NCBI GenBank assembly: GCA_017468385.1
Contig: JAFUIQ010000011.1
Coordinates: 1,622 to 65,621, forward strand
DNA length: 64,000 nt
DNA from: Clostridia bacterium
Lineage (GTDB): Bacteria; Bacillota; Clostridia; Oscillospirales; CAG-272
Reading direction: 5' to 3'
The stretch's first letter is position 1. Every line of letters starts with the position of its first letter. Below the pieces are notes generated by a model that ran no database searches, was not told the DNA's origin, and saw only the letters and a program-made list of their open reading frames with translations. Below, in pieces: positions 1 to 7,441 of the stretch. The position numbers and the translations under genes were made by a program.

Positions 1-19
1 AAAAACCTCCTGCTTCCGG

Positions 20-48
20 TTGACAAAACGGTTGTTTTCTGCTATACT
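20..48 (+). promoter_or_regulatory. SigA-type promoter (TTGACA-17 nt-TATACT) for the permease gene
   Basis: TTGACA at 20-25, 17-nt spacer, TATACT at 43-48, about 35 nt upstream of the ATG at 82. Confidence 0.6.
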
Positions 49-81
49 GACAGTCGAAATTTCGGGAAAGGATGTGGAGAT

Positions 82-1197
82 ATGGTTTTTATCGGACGGC
101 TGAAAAAGTTCGTACGCGTCAATCTGGTGTTTGTCATCGCCCTGTGCGCGGCGATCGTCACATCCTGCATCGTTTTGCCGGACAGGGAGTATCTGGGCTA
201 TTTTGATTTCCGGACACTGACCTGCCTGTTCTGCACATTGGCCGTAGTGGGGGCTTTGGGCAACATCGGCTTTTTCTATGCATTGGCCAAGGATATTGTC
301 CGCCGCTTTACCAATTTGCGCTCGGCGGTGCTGGTGCTGGTGTACATCACCTTCATCGGATCCATGCTGATCGCCAACGATATGGCCCTGCTCACCTTTT
401 TGCCGCTGGGGTACTACGTGCTCCACGAAACGAAGAATGAGCGCCACATGGCCTTCACCTTCATCATGCAGAACATCGCCGCCAACCTGGGCGGCATGCT
501 GACTCCCTTCGGCAATCCCCAGAACCTGTATCTGTACAGCCGCTTCTCCATCCCCACCGGGGAGTTTATGTCCATCATGCTCCTGCCGTTTCTTTTGTCG
601 GTGGGGCTGATCACGGTGTGCTGCATCGTGTTCACGCCGGCAACGAAGCTGGAGTTGGGCGCGGCACCGCCGAAGCTGGATCGTCGTCGGACGATTTTGT
701 ATCTGCTCCTGTTTGCCTATTCCATCGCCATCGTGTTTCGCGGCATCCCCTACTGGACGGGATGGATCGTCATCCCCCTCAGCCTCTTTTTCCTGGATCG
801 GGAGGCCCTCAAGCGGGTGGATTATCCCCTGCTGGGCACCTTCGCCGCGTTTTTCATCTTCTCCGGCAATATGGGACGGATCGGCGCGGTGCGGGAATTT
901 TTCGCTATGCTGCTCTCAAAGAATACGCTGATCTTCAGCGCGATCTCCTGCCAGTTCATCAGCAACGTCCCCAGCGCGATCCTGCTTTCCCAGTTTACGG
1001 AGGAGTACGCGCCGCTTCTGGTGGGGGTGAACATCGGCGGATGCGGCACGCTGATCGCGTCCCTGGCCAGCCTGATCACGTTCCGGTCCTTTTTGTGCAA
1101 CGCGCCCCATCAGGGCAAGAAATATTTCCTTATGTTCACGGCGTTCAATTTCGCGTTTCTCTTCATCCTCGGTGCCGTGATGTCCTTTGTGTATTAA
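82..1197 (+). CDS. ArsB/NhaD-superfamily (SLC13/CitMHS-like, YbiR-like) anion permease
   Basis: 371-aa polytopic membrane ORF. GNPQNLYLYS motif typical of this permease superfamily. GTGGAG RBS before the ATG and a terminator hairpin downstream. Confidence 0.7.
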   Translation: MVFIGRLKKFVRVNLVFVIALCAAIVTSCIVLPDREYLGYFDFRTLTCLFCTLAVVGALGNIGFFYALAKDIVRRFTNLRSAVLVLVYITFIGSMLIANDMALLTFLPLGYYVLHETKNERHMAFTFIMQNIAANLGGMLTPFGNPQNLYLYSRFSIPTGEFMSIMLLPFLLSVGLITVCCIVFTPATKLELGAAPPKLDRRRTILYLLLFAYSIAIVFRGIPYWTGWIVIPLSLFFLDREALKRVDYPLLGTFAAFFIFSGNMGRIGAVREFFAMLLSKNTLIFSAISCQFISNVPSAILLSQFTEEYAPLLVGVNIGGCGTLIASLASLITFRSFLCNAPHQGKKYFLMFTAFNFAFLFILGAVMSFVY

Positions 1198-1205
1198 AAT
1201 CTCAT

Positions 1206-1232
1206 AGCGCAGGCTTCGGCCTGCGCTTTTTT
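1206..1232 (+). terminator. Rho-independent terminator hairpin (AGCGCAGGC-TTCG-GCCTGCGCT + T-run)
   Basis: 9-bp GC-rich stem, 4-nt loop and a T6 tract directly after the permease stop. A near-identical copy lies at 2065-2090. Confidence 0.7.
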
Positions 1233-2031
1233 ATTCGGCATCCAACCGGGCAAGCAATTCCTTCGCCTTTGTGACGGCGTACAGTTTGTTTCCCTTTTCG
1301 ATGACCAGCTGCAGATTCTTTCGAGCCAGTTCCTTTTCACCCAGCGCCAGGTAATTCTCGCCCAACTGCATATGGAGATCCACTTCGCCGATCCGGTTTT
1401 GCGGTGTTACAGTGTCCAGCAATTCCAGGGCTTTTTCATACTCACCGGCATAATAGTGGTGATCGATCCGGGTGAAAAGAACCACGGGGGCCATGCTTCT
1501 TTTTGGTTTGCTGTCGGGCAGATCGTTGTAGATCTGCATCATCTTCGTGTACCAGATCTCCGCCTCTTCGTGCAGGTTCAGACAGCGGCATTCCGCGCAG
1601 AGATTGTTGTAGTAAACGGCCTTGTTGAGCGGTACCATCCCGGCATGCTTGTCAATATTTAGTGATGAAAGGGTATCGTACGCCAGCTGGAAATTGCCTA
1701 CGCTGTGCAGGGCAACGCAGTAGTTGATGACCATCGTCTGCCGGAGCAGGGGGGACAGCTTATCCATGGGGAGGCTGTGCATCTCCCGGAGCAGCGGATA
1801 GGGATCGCATTGCTCATGCAGAGCTTTCATGGGCTCCTGCAGCCACGCATCCGGTGCGGCAATCGCTATAAGGGCAGAGAGAAGATACAGAATAAAAAGT
1901 GCAATTCCCAAAATCCACGGGGGAATGGAAATCAGATTGTTCAGGGAAAAAGCGCCTGTGGTGTAAATGATGGCCAGAATAATGAAGGTGGGAATTCGGT
2001 GCAGCATCACCCATCGCTGAAGTTTTCTCAT
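1231..2031 (-). CDS. Hypothetical membrane-anchored protein with TPR-like C-terminal repeats
   Basis: 266-aa ORF with two N-terminal hydrophobic helices, then helical repeats rich in A/L/Y (YYAGEYEKALELL, LGENYLALGEKELA). Confidence 0.55.
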   Translation of the reverse strand: MRKLQRWVMLHRIPTFIILAIIYTTGAFSLNNLISIPPWILGIALFILYLLSALIAIAAPDAWLQEPMKALHEQCDPYPLLREMHSLPMDKLSPLLRQTMVINYCVALHSVGNFQLAYDTLSSLNIDKHAGMVPLNKAVYYNNLCAECRCLNLHEEAEIWYTKMMQIYNDLPDSKPKRSMAPVVLFTRIDHHYYAGEYEKALELLDTVTPQNRIGEVDLHMQLGENYLALGEKELARKNLQLVIEKGNKLYAVTKAKELLARLDAE

Positions 2032-2093
2032 AAAGACGTTCCTTCCATTCGTGTCAGTTTTTCCGCGCAGGCTTTGGCCTGCGCTTTTTTGTT

Positions 2094-2948
2094 TCAGGTA
2101 TTCTCCCGAACGAAATTCTGTATTTGTGCGTACAGATTATCTAACGTTTTTATATCTGCCAGGGCGATGGTCGTATCTACACCGGTGTCAATGGCATCCA
2201 TATGGAAGGATTCTTCGTCTATGTCGAAGTAGATTTCGTACCCGTTCCGTACGAGAATTATATCCAGCATATCCACAGAATTTTCCTCAAAAGTCCATTC
2301 TAAGGAGATTTCGGTGTATTCGTCAAACAGTTTCTCAAAAGCGCCCGTTTCGTATGCCTGCCAGATTTCCGCCCACAAGCCGCTGCGTGCGGGCTGATCC
2401 AGGTCCAGTGTTAGTGAAGTGCCGACGGACGTGTGCAAGGGAGGGCACGCTGCCTGCTTTTTTCGGATTTTTCTCGGCAGGCTTCGGTCGGCTGCTATCA
2501 GTGCAATCTCGAACGTGTCACCGATAATAACTAACTTATTGTTTGTACTGCCGCTGTAACGGCTGCGCTCCCATCGTATTGCGTTTTTCATATCCGCGAT
2601 GGCAAAGTAGGGCAAACTTCCCGAGCAATGGAGCATGGTCGTTTTGCGGGGAGAGTTTTCATAATATTTTGTGAACGCCGCCCGGAAGAAGTACAGCCTG
2701 TCCTCGCCCAGAATGCAGAGCAGTTTTCGCAGCCAGATCCGCTCGCAAAGAAGAAGCAGGAGAACCACCCCGGCCGTCAATAAAACAACGTCCAGGCTGC
2801 GGCCGATCACTTCCTTGGTGGGATGATCGATCAGCGCGGACGCTACCGCCCCCAAGGAGAGGAAAGCCAGCAGGGATGCGACATAGGCAAGCGGATGGGT
2901 GTATATGCGTTTGCCTTCGATGTGGCTGTATTTATTATCCGATTTCAT
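2094..2948 (-). CDS. Hypothetical 2-TM protein, translationally coupled to the upstream MFS gene
   Basis: ATG at 2948 overlaps the MFS stop (ATGA overlap at 2945-2948) and is preceded by AGGAGAG. No family recognised. Confidence 0.55.
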   Translation of the reverse strand: MKSDNKYSHIEGKRIYTHPLAYVASLLAFLSLGAVASALIDHPTKEVIGRSLDVVLLTAGVVLLLLLCERIWLRKLLCILGEDRLYFFRAAFTKYYENSPRKTTMLHCSGSLPYFAIADMKNAIRWERSRYSGSTNNKLVIIGDTFEIALIAADRSLPRKIRKKQAACPPLHTSVGTSLTLDLDQPARSGLWAEIWQAYETGAFEKLFDEYTEISLEWTFEENSVDMLDIILVRNGYEIYFDIDEESFHMDAIDTGVDTTIALADIKTLDNLYAQIQNFVRENT

Positions 2949-4243
2949 TGTGCTCTCTCCTTTTTTGCCCCCGCTTTTCTCACGCATGCCAGCAGTACCG
3001 CCAGCACAGCGATCACGGCCAAAGCCGCCAGAAAGATGTTCTCGTTGGGAACGAAGGATTTTGTGCCGTCGTTGTTCACGATCATCTCCGCATTGGCAAG
3101 AACAGTCTTGCCGATGAAGGGGCCAACCACGCCGGGGATCAGCACCTGAGAGAAGATCCGCACGCCCTGGAACCGGCCGGCCTTTCCTTCGGGGGTGAGA
3201 TCACGGATCCGGGCGCCGAACACAGCCATGCCGCACAGATAACCGCACATCATTAGCAGCGATCCGGCGAACACCAGCGCCGTGTGACGGAAGAAGTACA
3301 GAAGAACATATCCCGCCGCCAGAGCGATCAAGCTCCAGAGAACGGAAAAGCCAAATCCCCGCCGGTCGTATACCTTGCCCCACAACGCGGTGGCCACCGA
3401 CGCCAGAATGATGGCGGGAGCCATGACGAATACGTAATCCGTCATGCCCAGGGATACCTCGTAGTAGAGGATCAGATAGGGCATGAAAATCTGGATGGAG
3501 ATGTTGAACAGAATGAAGGCGATGAGGGACAGATACAGCGCGGCATTCGCTTTGATCGTGGCGGGGCGGAATCCGTGGATCACCGTGGAGAAATACCCCT
3601 CCTCCATCTTGGGGAGCGCCGGATCCTTTATGAGGAAGAATCCCAGTACGCCGATGATAGTGACCACGCCGCCGATGATGGCGAAGATCGCCGTCCAGCT
3701 GGACGCCTGATCCAGATCAAAGGCCATAAATCCGCCGAATACCGCCAGAATGGCCACCAGCGGCATCATGGCGTTGATACCTTCGGCGGCGCCTCGGTTG
3801 GTGGCGTCGGTGCTGTCCGTCAGCCAGGCGTTGAAGGCCGCATCGTTGGCGGTGGAGCCAAAGAAGGTCATCACGCAGTCCAGAACGATCACCAGGGTGA
3901 TGCCGATGGCGGAAACGGATGCCGCCATGGGGAAAGCGGCGTGGATCAAATCCTCCCGAAGCAGGGTGAAGCCCAGAATGGAGATGCCCCACAGTATGTA
4001 TCCGCCGCAGATGAAGATTTTGCGGCGGCCGATCTTGTCGGACAGCGCGCCGATCAGTACGGTGGTCAAGGTTGCGGCCACAGCGCTGGCGGCCACCATG
4101 GCGGAGATATCCCCGGCTGTGGCGTGGAACATCTTGTACATGAATACATTCAGGTACATGTTCTCCACCACCCAGGCGATCTGCCCGATCAGGCTGAAAA
4201 GAGTGAGGGCCACCCAGAATTTTTTCGTCAGTTTCGTTTTCAT
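2945..4243 (-). CDS. MFS transporter
   Basis: About 12 predicted TM helices and the MFS loop motif GALSDKIGRRK. Start taken at MKTKLTKK (ATG 4243, AAAGGA RBS) rather than the track start at 4270. Confidence 0.85.
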   Translation of the reverse strand: MKTKLTKKFWVALTLFSLIGQIAWVVENMYLNVFMYKMFHATAGDISAMVAASAVAATLTTVLIGALSDKIGRRKIFICGGYILWGISILGFTLLREDLIHAAFPMAASVSAIGITLVIVLDCVMTFFGSTANDAAFNAWLTDSTDATNRGAAEGINAMMPLVAILAVFGGFMAFDLDQASSWTAIFAIIGGVVTIIGVLGFFLIKDPALPKMEEGYFSTVIHGFRPATIKANAALYLSLIAFILFNISIQIFMPYLILYYEVSLGMTDYVFVMAPAIILASVATALWGKVYDRRGFGFSVLWSLIALAAGYVLLYFFRHTALVFAGSLLMMCGYLCGMAVFGARIRDLTPEGKAGRFQGVRIFSQVLIPGVVGPFIGKTVLANAEMIVNNDGTKSFVPNENIFLAALAVIAVLAVLLACVRKAGAKKERAQ

Positions 4244-4357
4244 ACAAAAGTCCTTTCGGCGGATGTACATCTTATGTTTTTACTATACCATAAACTTCCC
4301 CCGGATGCAAGGGAATGGGAAAAAGAAAGCCATACGGCGGGGGCCGTATGGCGGTTT

Positions 4358-4606
4358 TCAAAAATGCTGGAATCCGTATTCCGGCTTATAAACATAGTGT
4401 GTATCTAAATCCATTACGTAGTGGGCTTTCATGTGGGGATCAAAAGGAAGCACTTCATAACCATAATGCATACCGAAAGCGGAAGGGAACTCTTTTTCGC
4501 TGACAGTATTCAGTAATTCCTTCATTTTTTGGCGCAGTTCCGCTTCGCCCATTCGCTTTCCGTGAAGCAGTACATCACCATATACGGATTCTATTCTCAA
4601 TATCAT
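4358..4606 (-). CDS. Hypothetical small protein (82 aa)
   Basis: ATG at 4606 lies 8 nt after AAGGAG. An upstream TTGCAA-18 nt-TATAAT promoter (extended TG) is present on the minus strand at about 4664-4698. No family recognised. Confidence 0.5.
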   Translation of the reverse strand: MILRIESVYGDVLLHGKRMGEAELRQKMKELLNTVSEKEFPSAFGMHYGYEVLPFDPHMKAHYVMDLDTHYVYKPEYGFQHF

Positions 4607-4718
4607 ACAGCACACTCCTTTGCGGTGGGGTGGTTCGCTTCGTGATTATTTGCCCCACCGCCTTTCTGCATTCATTATACCACACCCGCAGGCGCGCTTG
4701 CAACGATAAATATACGCC

Positions 4719-4745
4719 GCTGGACTCAGAACCATGGTTTTCGCC
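4719..4745. repeat. 27-nt repeat (pseudo-tRNA-Gln T-arm-like GCTGGACTCAGAACCATGGTTTTCGCC), copy 1
   Basis: Identical to 6966-6992. On the minus strand it reads ...GGTTCTGAGTCCAGC, a degenerate version of the tRNA-Gln(TTG) T-arm GGTTCGAGTCCAGC. Confidence 0.8.
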
Positions 4746-4775
4746 GAGGTGCTGCGGATTCAGAGGCGGGTGCAT

Positions 4776-4845
4776 GTAGGGGCTGGCGCCCACGACAGCC
4801 CGTTTGTGCGGCGGATGTTCGGGTCGTCGAGGCGCCGACCCCTAC
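4776..4845. repeat. 70-nt GC-rich extended hairpin inside the 3' flank of the XRE gene
   Basis: GTAGGGGCTGGCGCC ... GGCGCCGACCCCTAC outer arms (15 bp with a 2-nt internal mismatch). Inner arms are CGACAGCCCG / CGGGTCGTCG. Confidence 0.6.
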
Positions 4846-4887
4846 CGCGATGATGGTGGGTGCTTGGCCGCTATCTTCCGGGGCAGG

Positions 4888-4923
4888 ACGCCATGCTTGC
4901 AACGACAACCTATGTAATTATTT
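4888..4923. repeat. Conserved post-stop element, copy 1 (ACGCCATGCTTGCAACGACAACCTATGTAATTATTT)
   Basis: Similar to 6118-6153. Both copies abut the stop codon of a minus-strand cargo gene. Homology continues more weakly for about 100 nt (CCATCATCGC..GGGGT block). Confidence 0.7.
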
Positions 4924-5751
4924 CTCGAAAGCATAGTCGGAAATCATAGACGTATCTCTCACAACCGTCCAGCAAGCATCCTCGGACAACAATTCGGCAA
5001 GCCTGTAGATTGCATGAGCATACAAGGCGTTTGAAATCAAAAATACATATTTTTTTGTTTTAGTTGCCGTGTCGGTGTAAACTTCATTGATGCCGGTATC
5101 CTTTAGTAGTCTTAAAGCTGCTGCGGTTTCATCCTCTGTGAGATTGCAACCGGTCATAATCTCATCAAAAGAAAATTCTGTATTATTCACCTTTGATCTT
5201 TCAAAAGCTGTCTTGTACTGATAATAAAAAACTTTTCGGAAGTTCTTATCAGTCAAATACATAAGCGTATAATCATCAGTTTGGCTTTTAATGACATTTT
5301 CACTATTGGCGGCTTTATAGGTGTTATCAATGAACGAAAAATCCTCCGTTGTTACGATTGCACCTTGAGTATTGGATAGACAACCAATTCTGCAACCATC
5401 CATTAACTTTTTGATTTGAAATTCCAATTGCTCTTTGTCCGATGAACCAATATGCGTGAATCGCATTTTTGTGTTATAGTAAAATAGTTCAATGAGTTTT
5501 TGATGACAGAAAGCCGGGAAATCATCGGCTGAGCAAGATATCCTTTCGGGTTCTTTTGCTATGCCGTACAGATCATCCAATGTAATATTCAAAGCGTATG
5601 CAATTTCGGGAAGAAGCATCACGTCGGGCATCGAAACTTCCGATTCCCATTTCGAAACCGCTTGATTGGTTACTCCAAGTTTTGCACCTAATTCCTCTTG
5701 CGTTAATTCTTTTGCTTTTCTGTATTTTGCAATATTTTTTCCGATACTCAC
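4918..5751 (-). CDS. XRE-family helix-turn-helix transcriptional regulator with an unknown C-terminal domain
   Basis: N-terminus IAKYRKAKELTQEELGAKLGVTNQAVSKWESEVSMPDVMLLPEIAYALNITLDDLYG is a canonical Cro/C1 HTH. The region is visibly AT-richer than its flanks. Confidence 0.85.
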   Translation of the reverse strand: MSIGKNIAKYRKAKELTQEELGAKLGVTNQAVSKWESEVSMPDVMLLPEIAYALNITLDDLYGIAKEPERISCSADDFPAFCHQKLIELFYYNTKMRFTHIGSSDKEQLEFQIKKLMDGCRIGCLSNTQGAIVTTEDFSFIDNTYKAANSENVIKSQTDDYTLMYLTDKNFRKVFYYQYKTAFERSKVNNTEFSFDEIMTGCNLTEDETAAALRLLKDTGINEVYTDTATKTKKYVFLISNALYAHAIYRLAELLSEDACWTVVRDTSMISDYAFEK

Positions 5752-5915
5752 AATCGTTAGCCTCCTTTTCTTTTGTGATTAAATTATAGCATCTTGTCCG
5801 CTTGAAATGAAGATATCATTTGTCGAATTAGCAAATTATTACCCAATTAAAATCGCCAAATGGTTGGAAAATACATTTCGAAGGTTCGAACCTGGCCACG
5901 GTTTTGGTGCCGCAT

Positions 5916-5989
5916 GGCATCGGAGTAGTTCTTCGTCGGATATGCAAACGATAAAAAGGGAGAACACATCCGTGTTCTCCCTTTTTATG
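5916..5989. repeat. 74-nt direct repeat, copy 1 (includes the terminator hairpin GGGAGAACAC-ATCC-GTGTTCTCCC)
   Basis: Matches 7045-7118 with one mismatch seen by eye. Copy 2 is the sequence immediately downstream of the intact tRNA-Gln(TTG). Confidence 0.85.
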
Positions 5990-6117
5990 TGACGTGTGGC
6001 CGATTTAGATGCAAAACCGTTTGTAGCTGATTTAGATGCAAGCTGATTTTGCAGAGGGTAGACTAACCCCTTGGCGATGATGGGGGTTAAAAGTATCCGC
6101 GTTCTACCGGACTTTTA

Positions 6118-6153
6118 ACGCCATGCTTGCAAACGAGGCCTATGTATTTATTT
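6118..6153. repeat. Conserved post-stop element, copy 2
   Basis: ACGCCATGCTTGCAAACGAGGCCTATGTATTTATTT, the homologue of 4888-4923, abutting the DUF4304-like gene stop. Confidence 0.7.
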
Positions 6154-6655
6154 GTTTGTTTTCAAATCTTTGCATCCACTTAAATGCTTTGATAAGTTGT
6201 TTGTTGACTTCTTGACATATTTGATTAGCGGTGTTCTCGTCAAATTTTTGAACAAGCTTGTACCCGGCAGGAACAGATTCTGGGGGTGTATTTTCACTAA
6301 TATCAATATAATCTTTCCCAAAGCCAAAAATATATTTGCTGTATAGGTCACGATAATAAAACCAACCATCGTACATACCTTTTAGTCGGTAACGAATATT
6401 GGTATCCCATACATTCAAATCTTTTATTTCCTTGTCATTGTACAAAACGTAATTTTTGTTTTCTTTATTAGGAAAAACAGCCGATACTTCTACGGTAAAA
6501 GAGCCGCCATACTTATTCGTTTGAAAAGTGATAAGTTCAATACAGTTTTCTTTTTCTCTTTTAAAGTGAGGATATTTTCCTATATAACCTTGGTCAATGA
6601 GAGGTTGAATAACCTTGGTTTCTAAACACTTTCTCATAAGTTGAATATTGGTCAA
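6140..6655 (-). CDS. DUF4304-like protein
   Basis: 171-aa ORF. The pattern ...GYIGKYPHFKREKENCIELITFQTNKYGGSFTVEVSAVF... resembles DUF4304 family proteins. This is the most AT-rich coding stretch in the window. Confidence 0.65.
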   Translation of the reverse strand: MTNIQLMRKCLETKVIQPLIDQGYIGKYPHFKREKENCIELITFQTNKYGGSFTVEVSAVFPNKENKNYVLYNDKEIKDLNVWDTNIRYRLKGMYDGWFYYRDLYSKYIFGFGKDYIDISENTPPESVPAGYKLVQKFDENTANQICQEVNKQLIKAFKWMQRFENKQINT

Positions 6656-6749
6656 ATTGAATCACCGCCTTTCTTAATTTATTATACCAAAACTTTGTAA
6701 ACATTTCAACCGTTTCGTCGGTCCGAATCTGTCGAGGGACCCGAAAAGA

Positions 6750-6918
6750 ATGAAATCGTGCGTTGCACGATGAAATCCTCACTCCGTTCGGATGAAATCT
6801 TCGGCGTTCCGCCTCAGATGAAATTAAATCCGCCTCTATCTCCTGCCGTAAGGCAGATTTCATCGCGCAGCGATTTCATCCACCACAGGTGGATTTCTTC
6901 CGCCAACGGCGGATTTAG
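6750..6918. repeat. Iteron-like array: 4 x ATGAAATC/T then 4 x inverted GATTTCAT/GGATTTC/GGATTTAG
   Basis: Forward motifs start at 6750, 6770, 6792 and 6818. Inverted motifs are at 6856, 6872, 6891 and 6911. Spacing is 16-26 nt and several motifs are followed by 4-5-bp mini-hairpins. Confidence 0.7.
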
Positions 6919-6921
6919 TTG

Positions 6922-6953
6922 AAAAAAGCACTTGCTTGCGCAAGTGCTTTTTT
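6922..6953 (-). terminator. Bidirectional hairpin terminator following the pseudo-tRNA fragment
   Basis: A6-AGCACTTGC-TTGC-GCAAGTGCT-T6. Confidence 0.6.
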
Positions 6954-6954
6954 C

Positions 6955-6992
6955 TGGCTGGGATAGCTGGACTCAGAACCATGGTTTTCGCC
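6955..6992 (-). repeat. Pseudo-tRNA-Gln 3' fragment (decayed copy of the tRNA-Gln(TTG) 3' end, plus 27-nt repeat copy 2)
   Basis: 6955-6974 (TGGCTGGGATAGCTGGACTC) is identical to 7117-7136 of the intact tRNA. The T-loop then degenerates and no anticodon arm or 5' acceptor strand is present. Confidence 0.8.
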
Positions 6993-7044
6993 CATGCGCA
7001 GCGGGGGCGCTCGTTCACCCATGCGAAAACCTTATCCGATGCGG

Positions 7045-7118
7045 GGCATCGGAGTGGTTCTTCGTCGGATATGCAAACGATAAAAAGGGAGAACACATCC
7101 GTGTTCTCCCTTTTTATG
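7045..7118. repeat. 74-nt direct repeat, copy 2
   Basis: See 5916-5989. Confidence 0.85.
7082..7115 (-). terminator. Bidirectional terminator of tRNA-Gln(TTG)
   Basis: A5-GGGAGAACAC-ATCC-GTGTTCTCCC-T5 immediately 3' of the tRNA CCA end. Confidence 0.8.
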
Positions 7119-7192
7119 GCTGGGATAGCTGGACTCGAACCAGCGATGCAGGAGTCAAAGTCCTGTGCCTTGACCGACTTGGCGATATCCCA
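7117..7192 (-). tRNA. tRNA-Gln (anticodon UUG), CCA encoded
   Basis: The reverse complement folds as a cloverleaf. Acceptor TGGGATA/TATCCCA; anticodon stem CAGGA/TCCTG with loop CTTTGAC; T-arm GCTGG-TTCGAGT-CCAGC; discriminator G + CCA. Confidence 0.9.
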
Positions 7193-7203
7193 CCGTACGG
7201 ATT

Positions 7204-7233
7204 ATTATATCACAACTGCCTCTGTCCTGTCAA
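7204..7233 (-). promoter_or_regulatory. Promoter of tRNA-Gln(TTG) (TTGACA-18 nt-TATAAT on the minus strand)
   Basis: TGTCAA at 7228-7233 and ATTATA at 7204-7209 on the plus strand. The -10 element ends 11 nt before the tRNA 5' end. Confidence 0.6.
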
Positions 7234-7330
7234 CGAATTGTTTTCATTTTTCCGGCTTTTGCCGATTCCCCGGCAGAAGAACACTTTTTGAATCATAATA
7301 TTTTCTTATGTATACATAAATAACAATTGC

Positions 7331-7359
7331 TTGACTAATGTGTCGAGCGGTAGTATACT
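7331..7359 (+). promoter_or_regulatory. Promoter of the ABC uptake operon (TTGACT-17 nt-TATACT)
   Basis: Hexamers at 7331-7336 and 7354-7359. The roughly 80-nt leader contains the hairpin CCAAGTG..CACTTGG. Confidence 0.6.
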
Positions 7360-7441
7360 GGTATTACTTTAATTCCAAGTGTTATTTGCGGCACTTGGGG
7401 AAACATACGAATACGATCTCTCAATTAAAAGGAGCTATACC

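Noticed and set aside
4745-4923. Known structured RNA (tmRNA, RNase P, SRP or 6S) in the GC-rich element
   Set aside because: It contains only a degenerate T-arm-like piece. There is no tmRNA acceptor or tag-ORF layout, and none of the conserved core motifs of RNase P, SRP or 6S that I can recall. It therefore remains unclassified.
5870-5900. Additional plus-strand tRNA suggested by GGTTCGAACC
   Set aside because: The flanking bases do not form a T-stem, an acceptor stem or an anticodon arm on either strand. It appears to be another decayed T-loop remnant within the repeat mosaic.
6740-6920. CRISPR array
   Set aside because: The repeats are only 8 nt, are arranged as two inverted blocks and have irregular 16-26-nt spacing. 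No cas genes are present, so it does not fit CRISPR geometry.
4690-7120. Integron-like cassette array with attC sites
   Set aside because: The conserved post-stop elements do not show the RYYYAAC...GTTRRRY ends of attC sites, and no intI-type integrase or attI is present in the window. The cassette-like layout is reported as a finding, but the integron label is not supported.
7360-7441. T-box or other riboswitch upstream of the PF04392-type ABC operon (some TrpX-type systems are T-box regulated)
   Set aside because: The leader is only about 80 nt with a single short hairpin. That is too short for a T-box, and no specifier loop or T-box sequence was recognised.
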